A stretch of DNA of 20,000 nt from an uncultured virus (IMG/VR IMGVR_UViG_2675903516_000002) (lineage: Duplodnaviria; Heunggongvirae; Uroviricota; Caudoviricetes), in IMG/VR virus record IMGVR_UViG_2675903516_000002; one strand, given 5' to 3'. Position 1 is the first letter of the stretch, and every line of letters begins with the position of its first letter. The notes beneath the pieces are model-generated. The model saw only the letters and a list, made by a program, of their open reading frames with translations. It was not told the origin of the DNA and searched no databases. Shown here piece by piece: positions 16,405-20,000 of this stretch. The position numbers were made by a program, and so were the translations under genes.

Positions 16405-17046
16405 ATGAACACACAAACCCAAATCACTGAAATTCTGCGCCTGCTGCGTAACCTGATCCGTATTGGTACGGTGGCCGAGGTCGATCTCGACCAAGCCCTG
16501 TGCCGTGTGGCGACGGGAGACAATACCACCGGCTGGCTTAACTGGCTGACGCTGCGCGCCGGTCAATCGCGATCATGGTGGGCACCGTCTGAGGGTGAGC
16601 AGGTGTTGATATTATCCCTCGGCGGCGAACTGGACACCGCCTTTGTGCTGCCGGGCATTTTCTCTGATGACTTCCCGCCGCCGTCGGCCTCGGCGAATGG
16701 CTTGTATATCGCCTTTCCTGACGGTGCCACGTTGCACTATGAACCTGAGAGCGGCGAGTTGCAGGCTGATGGCATCAAAACGGCGGTTATCAATGCCAGT
16801 GAATCGATAAATGCCACTGCCCCTACTATCACCTGTGCCGCCTTGGTCAAAATCCTGCTGGACACACCCGAAGTGGAATGCACCAACAACCTGACTACCG
16901 GCACGTTGAACGTGAAGAAAGGCGGCACGATGAGCGGCAATATTGACCATTCCGGCGGCAAGTTTTCATCCAATGGTGTGGTGGTTGATGACCATGACCA
17001 CGGCGGCGTCTTGCGCGGAGGGGATTATACGGAGGGGATTAAATGA
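16405..17046 (+). CDS. V: Baseplate spike gpV
   Basis: LRNLIRIGTV, WL.WLT.RAG, WWAPSEGEQV, C-terminal HDH metal-binding motif. Confidence 0.96.
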   Translation: MNTQTQITEILRLLRNLIRIGTVAEVDLDQALCRVATGDNTTGWLNWLTLRAGQSRSWWAPSEGEQVLILSLGGELDTAFVLPGIFSDDFPPPSASANGLYIAFPDGATLHYEPESGELQADGIKTAVINASESINATAPTITCAALVKILLDTPEVECTNNLTTGTLNVKKGGTMSGNIDHSGGKFSSNGVVVDDHDHGGVLRGGDYTEGIK

Positions 17047-17393
17047 CTACTGCGACATATCTCGGCATGAGCCGCAACGCCGGGCAAACCATTACCGACG
17101 CTGACCACATCAGCCAGTCTATCGCTGACATTCTTATCACTCCTGTGGGTTCGCGGGTGATGCGCCGGTCTTATGGCTCACTGTTATCTGAGCTGATTGA
17201 CCAGCCACAAAATCCGGCCCTGCGCCTGCAAATTATGGCCGCCAGTTACAGTGCCATTTTGCGCTGGGAGCCGAGGGTCAAGCTGACTGGCATCACCTTT
17301 GAAACCACCTTAGACGGGAAAATGGTGGTTGATATCACCGGCACCCGCACCGATAGCGCGGCCCCCCTCTCTTTAACCATCCCTGTGAGCTAA
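17043..17393 (+). CDS. W: Baseplate wedge protein gpW (gp25-like)
   Basis: HISQSIADILITPVGSRVMRR.YGS, WEPR. Confidence 0.96.
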   Translation: MTTATYLGMSRNAGQTITDADHISQSIADILITPVGSRVMRRSYGSLLSELIDQPQNPALRLQIMAASYSAILRWEPRVKLTGITFETTLDGKMVVDITGTRTDSAAPLSLTIPVS

Positions 17394-17397
17394 CCCT

Positions 17398-18306
17398 ATG
17401 GCAACCATTGACCTGAGCCTGTTACCGCCACCGTTTGTGGTGGAAGAACTGGATTATGAAACCCTGCTGGCCGAGCGCAAAGCCACGCTGATATCTCTTT
17501 ACCCAGAAGAACAGCGCGCCGCCGTGGCCCGCACGTTGTCGCTGGAATCTGAGCCACTGGTCAAGCTGTTGCAAGAAAATGCTTACCGCGAGGTGATATT
17601 GCGCCAGCGCGTTAACGATGCGGCCCGTGCGGTGATGGTGGCCTATGCCGTCGGCAGTGATTTAGACCAGCTCGGCGCAAATAACAACGTTGAGCGGCTG
17701 GTTATTACCCCGGCTGACCCCACCGCCATTCCGCCGATTGACGCGGTGATGGAATCTGACAGTGATTTCCGGGTGCGTATCCCGCAAGCCTTTGAGGGCT
17801 TGAGCGTGGCGGGGCCAACGGGTGCGTATGAATATCACGCCAAAAGTGCTGACGGGCGGGTCGCTGATGCCTCGGCAATCAGCCCAACACCCGCCTGTGT
17901 CACGGTTACAGTGTTGTCGCGTGAGGGTAACGGTGAGGCCTCGGCCGAGTTGTTGGCGGTGGTCGAAGCCGTGCTGAATGATGAGAATACCCGGCCGGTG
18001 GCTGACCGGGTCACGGTGCAATCGGCCCGCATTGAAGACTATGAAATTGACGCGGTGCTCTACCTGCATCCGGGGCCGGAAGCGGAGCCGGTGCGCATTG
18101 CGGCTGAGAAAAAACTGACTGCCTTTGTCACCGCACAGCGCCGCCTCGGCCGCGACATTCGCCTGTCAGCACTCTATGCCGCGCTGCATGTTGAGGGGGT
18201 ACAGCGGGCGGTGATTAATGCCCCGCTGGCCGACGTGGTGCTGGATAAAACTCAAGCTGCTTGGTGCATCGGCAGCACTATCACTGTCGGAGGGACGGAT
18301 GACTGA
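17398..18306 (+). CDS. J: Baseplate protein gpJ
   Basis: IDLS.LP.P, LESEP..KLL, SVAGPTGAYEYHA, RPVADRV. Confidence 0.97.
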   Translation: MATIDLSLLPPPFVVEELDYETLLAERKATLISLYPEEQRAAVARTLSLESEPLVKLLQENAYREVILRQRVNDAARAVMVAYAVGSDLDQLGANNNVERLVITPADPTAIPPIDAVMESDSDFRVRIPQAFEGLSVAGPTGAYEYHAKSADGRVADASAISPTPACVTVTVLSREGNGEASAELLAVVEAVLNDENTRPVADRVTVQSARIEDYEIDAVLYLHPGPEAEPVRIAAEKKLTAFVTAQRRLGRDIRLSALYAALHVEGVQRAVINAPLADVVLDKTQAAWCIGSTITVGGTDD

Positions 18307-18907
18307 CCGTTTATTGCCTGTCGGTTCCTCGGTGCTGGAAGTGGCCGCCGCGCGCGCCTGTGCTGAACTGGAAAACACCCCGGTTCCGATTCGCCAGCTG
18401 TGGAACGCCGACACCTGCCCGCTTGAATTGTTGCCTTATTTGGCATGGGCGTGGTCAGTGGATCGCTGGGATGAGAAGTGGCCGGAAGCCACTAAGCGCT
18501 CAGTGGTGAAGTCCTCGCAGTACGTCCACAAACACAAAGGCACCATTGGCGCGATTCGTCGGGTGGTCGAGCCGCTCGGCTATCTCATCAAGGTGATTGA
18601 GTGGTGGAAGACCAACGAAACCCCCGGCACCTTTCGCCTTGATGTTGGTGTGTTGGAGACCGGTATTACCGAAGAAATGTATCAAGAGCTTGAGCGGCTG
18701 ATAGACGACGCCAAGCCATGCAGCCGCCACTTAGTCGGCCTGTCTATCAATCTCGACAGCAACGGCCCGCTGTATGTCGCCGCCGGTAGTTACAGCGGTG
18801 ATGAGCTGACCGTATACCCGTATTTACCTGAAACCATAACCGTGACCGGCGAGGGTTACGCCAGTGCCGCAATCCACATTATCGATGACCTGAGAGTGAA
18901 CCCATGA
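18299..18907 (+). CDS. I: Baseplate/tail protein gpI
   Basis: LLP.GSS.LE, LLPYLAWAWSVDRWD, H.HKGT, AKP.SRH. ATG at 18299 overlaps the end of J. Confidence 0.96.
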   Translation: MTDRLLPVGSSVLEVAAARACAELENTPVPIRQLWNADTCPLELLPYLAWAWSVDRWDEKWPEATKRSVVKSSQYVHKHKGTIGAIRRVVEPLGYLIKVIEWWKTNETPGTFRLDVGVLETGITEEMYQELERLIDDAKPCSRHLVGLSINLDSNGPLYVAAGSYSGDELTVYPYLPETITVTGEGYASAAIHIIDDLRVNP

Positions 18908-20000
18908 CAGCGAGATTCTTTGCTTTACTGACCAACATCGGCGCGGCCAAGCTGGCGAACGCCACCACGCTCGGCACCCGCTTAGAGATTACCCAAATGG
19001 CGGTCGGGGATGGCGGCGGAACCCTGCCAACCCCCAACCCGGCACAAACCAAACTGGTGAATGAGCAGCGCCGCGCCGCCCTTAACATGCTGACCATTGA
19101 CCCGATTAACACCAGTCAGATTATTGCTGAACAGGTTATCCCTGAGACTGAGGGCGGGTGGTGGATCCGGGAGATTGGCTTGCTGGATAAAGACGGTGAT
19201 TTGGTTGCGATTGCCAACTGCGCCGAAACTTATAAGCCACAATTGCAAGAGGGCAGCGGGCGCACCCAAACCATTCGGATGATTTTAATTGTCAGTAGCA
19301 CGGCTGCTGTCACGCTGAAAATCGACCCGTCAGTGGTGCTGGCTACGCGCAAGTATGCTGATGATAAAGCGATTGAGGTTAAGCAGTACGCTGACAACCT
19401 GCTCACCGAGCATGAGAAATCACGCAATCACCCGGATGCCAGTAAGACCGAAAAGGGCTTTGTTAAATTAAGCAGTGCCACAACCAGCGATAGCGAAGTG
19501 TTAGCCGCCACGCCGAAAGCGGTCAAAACAGTCGCCGAAGCAGCAGCGAAAGCATTGGGAGACCACGGCAAAGACGCTAATCCGCACGACCAGTATTTTC
19601 AGATTGCCAATCTGTTATCTGAGATTAAAGCACTGGGGCCAGCCGCACTGGCTGAGACTCTCGCAAACCTTGGTTTAGGCGATGCGGCTAAAAAGAACGT
19701 TGGTACGGCTTCTGGCACTGTCGCGGCGGGAAACGACGTAAGATTTAATGAAACTACGATTATGTATCCAGATGGTAGCGGGGCGAGTCCCTACAATTAC
19801 CCGGCAAATACTAGAAAAGAATATGCGAACCCTTTCCCAGGGAAAAATATCATCGTTGTTGCGGAGGTTTATTATAACGGCGTTTGGGGGCAGACGGGGT
19901 GGTTCTCTAATTCCACGGTGACGAATGCTGTGGGTATTTTAGCAACACAAAATATAGCTACAGACGTTATTGTTGTGCAATCGGGTAGCTTTGGCGTATT
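18904..20000 (+). CDS. H: Tail fibre protein gpH (5' part; runs off the window, so absent from the ORF track)
   Basis: Translated manually: MTARFFALLTNIGAAKLA...MAVGDGGG...GGWWIREIGL...YKPQLQEGSGR...HPDASKTEKGFVKLSSA...AATPKAVK; no stop seen before 20000. Confidence 0.96.
   Translation, partial: MTARFFALLTNIGAAKLANATTLGTRLEITQMAVGDGGGTLPTPNPAQTKLVNEQRRAALNMLTIDPINTSQIIAEQVIPETEGGWWIREIGLLDKDGDLVAIANCAETYKPQLQEGSGRTQTIRMILIVSSTAAVTLKIDPSVVLATRKYADDKAIEVKQYADNLLTEHEKSRNHPDASKTEKGFVKLSSATTSDSEVLAATPKAVKTVAEAAAKALGDHGKDANPHDQYFQIANLLSEIKALGPAALAETLANLGLGDAAKKNVGTASGTVAAGNDVRFNETTIMYPDGSGASPYNYPANTRKEYANPFPGKNIIVVAEVYYNGVWGQTGWFSNSTVTNAVGILATQNIATDVIVVQSGSFGV
19658..19683. other. Putative serine-invertase crossover site (hix/gix/cix-like)
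   Basis: CTCTCGCAAACC-TT-GGTTTAGGCGAT; the reverse strand carries the AAACCAAGGTTT core of Hin/Cin/Pin sites. Confidence 0.65.

Larger units (their letters stand above)
1..20000. mobile_element. P2-like (186-type) temperate phage/prophage, internal segment from cII to tail fibre
   Basis: Canonical P2/186 gene order and recognisable proteins (A, Q, P, O, N, M, L, X, lysis, R, S, V, W, J, I, H), plus cos and ori sequences. No att site or host genes in the window. Confidence 0.98.

Noticed and set aside
7731..19427. Numerous short overlapping ORFs inside structural genes
   Set aside because: Fully nested in conserved genes without independent signals. Only lysC is accepted as a real overlapping gene.
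1..20000. CRISPR array, tRNA/rRNA, IS element, integrase/att site
   Set aside because: No regularly spaced repeats, RNA gene signatures, transposase or integrase seen in this window.

Overview
The whole window lies inside one apparently intact P2-family (Peduovirus) temperate phage or prophage of the coliphage 186 type. From left to right it holds: the 3' end of cII and the early lytic operon (fil, DUF5347-like, an ASCH/DUF3850 gene, DUF2732-like, two DUF5405-like paralogues); the rolling-circle initiator A with its internal ori; a LexA-controlled Tum-like antirepressor; the 19-bp cos; the leftward terminase-portal operon; the rightward head/lysis/tail-completion operon (O N M L X holin endolysin lysB lysC R S); an AT-rich antisense DUF3800-like moron; and baseplate genes V W J I plus the 5' part of tail fibre H. 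The most notable non-standard elements are (1) a translationally coupled, ATPase-domain-only paralogue of the large terminase, with altered Walker A/B residues, between P and Q; (2) the DUF3800/RNase H-like moron, whose leader overlaps the late-activator site of pV; (3) a 66-aa low-complexity C-terminal tail on the major capsid protein; and (4) a hix/gix/cix-like invertase crossover site inside the tail fibre gene. Family names come from recalled motifs and synteny, not from database searches.
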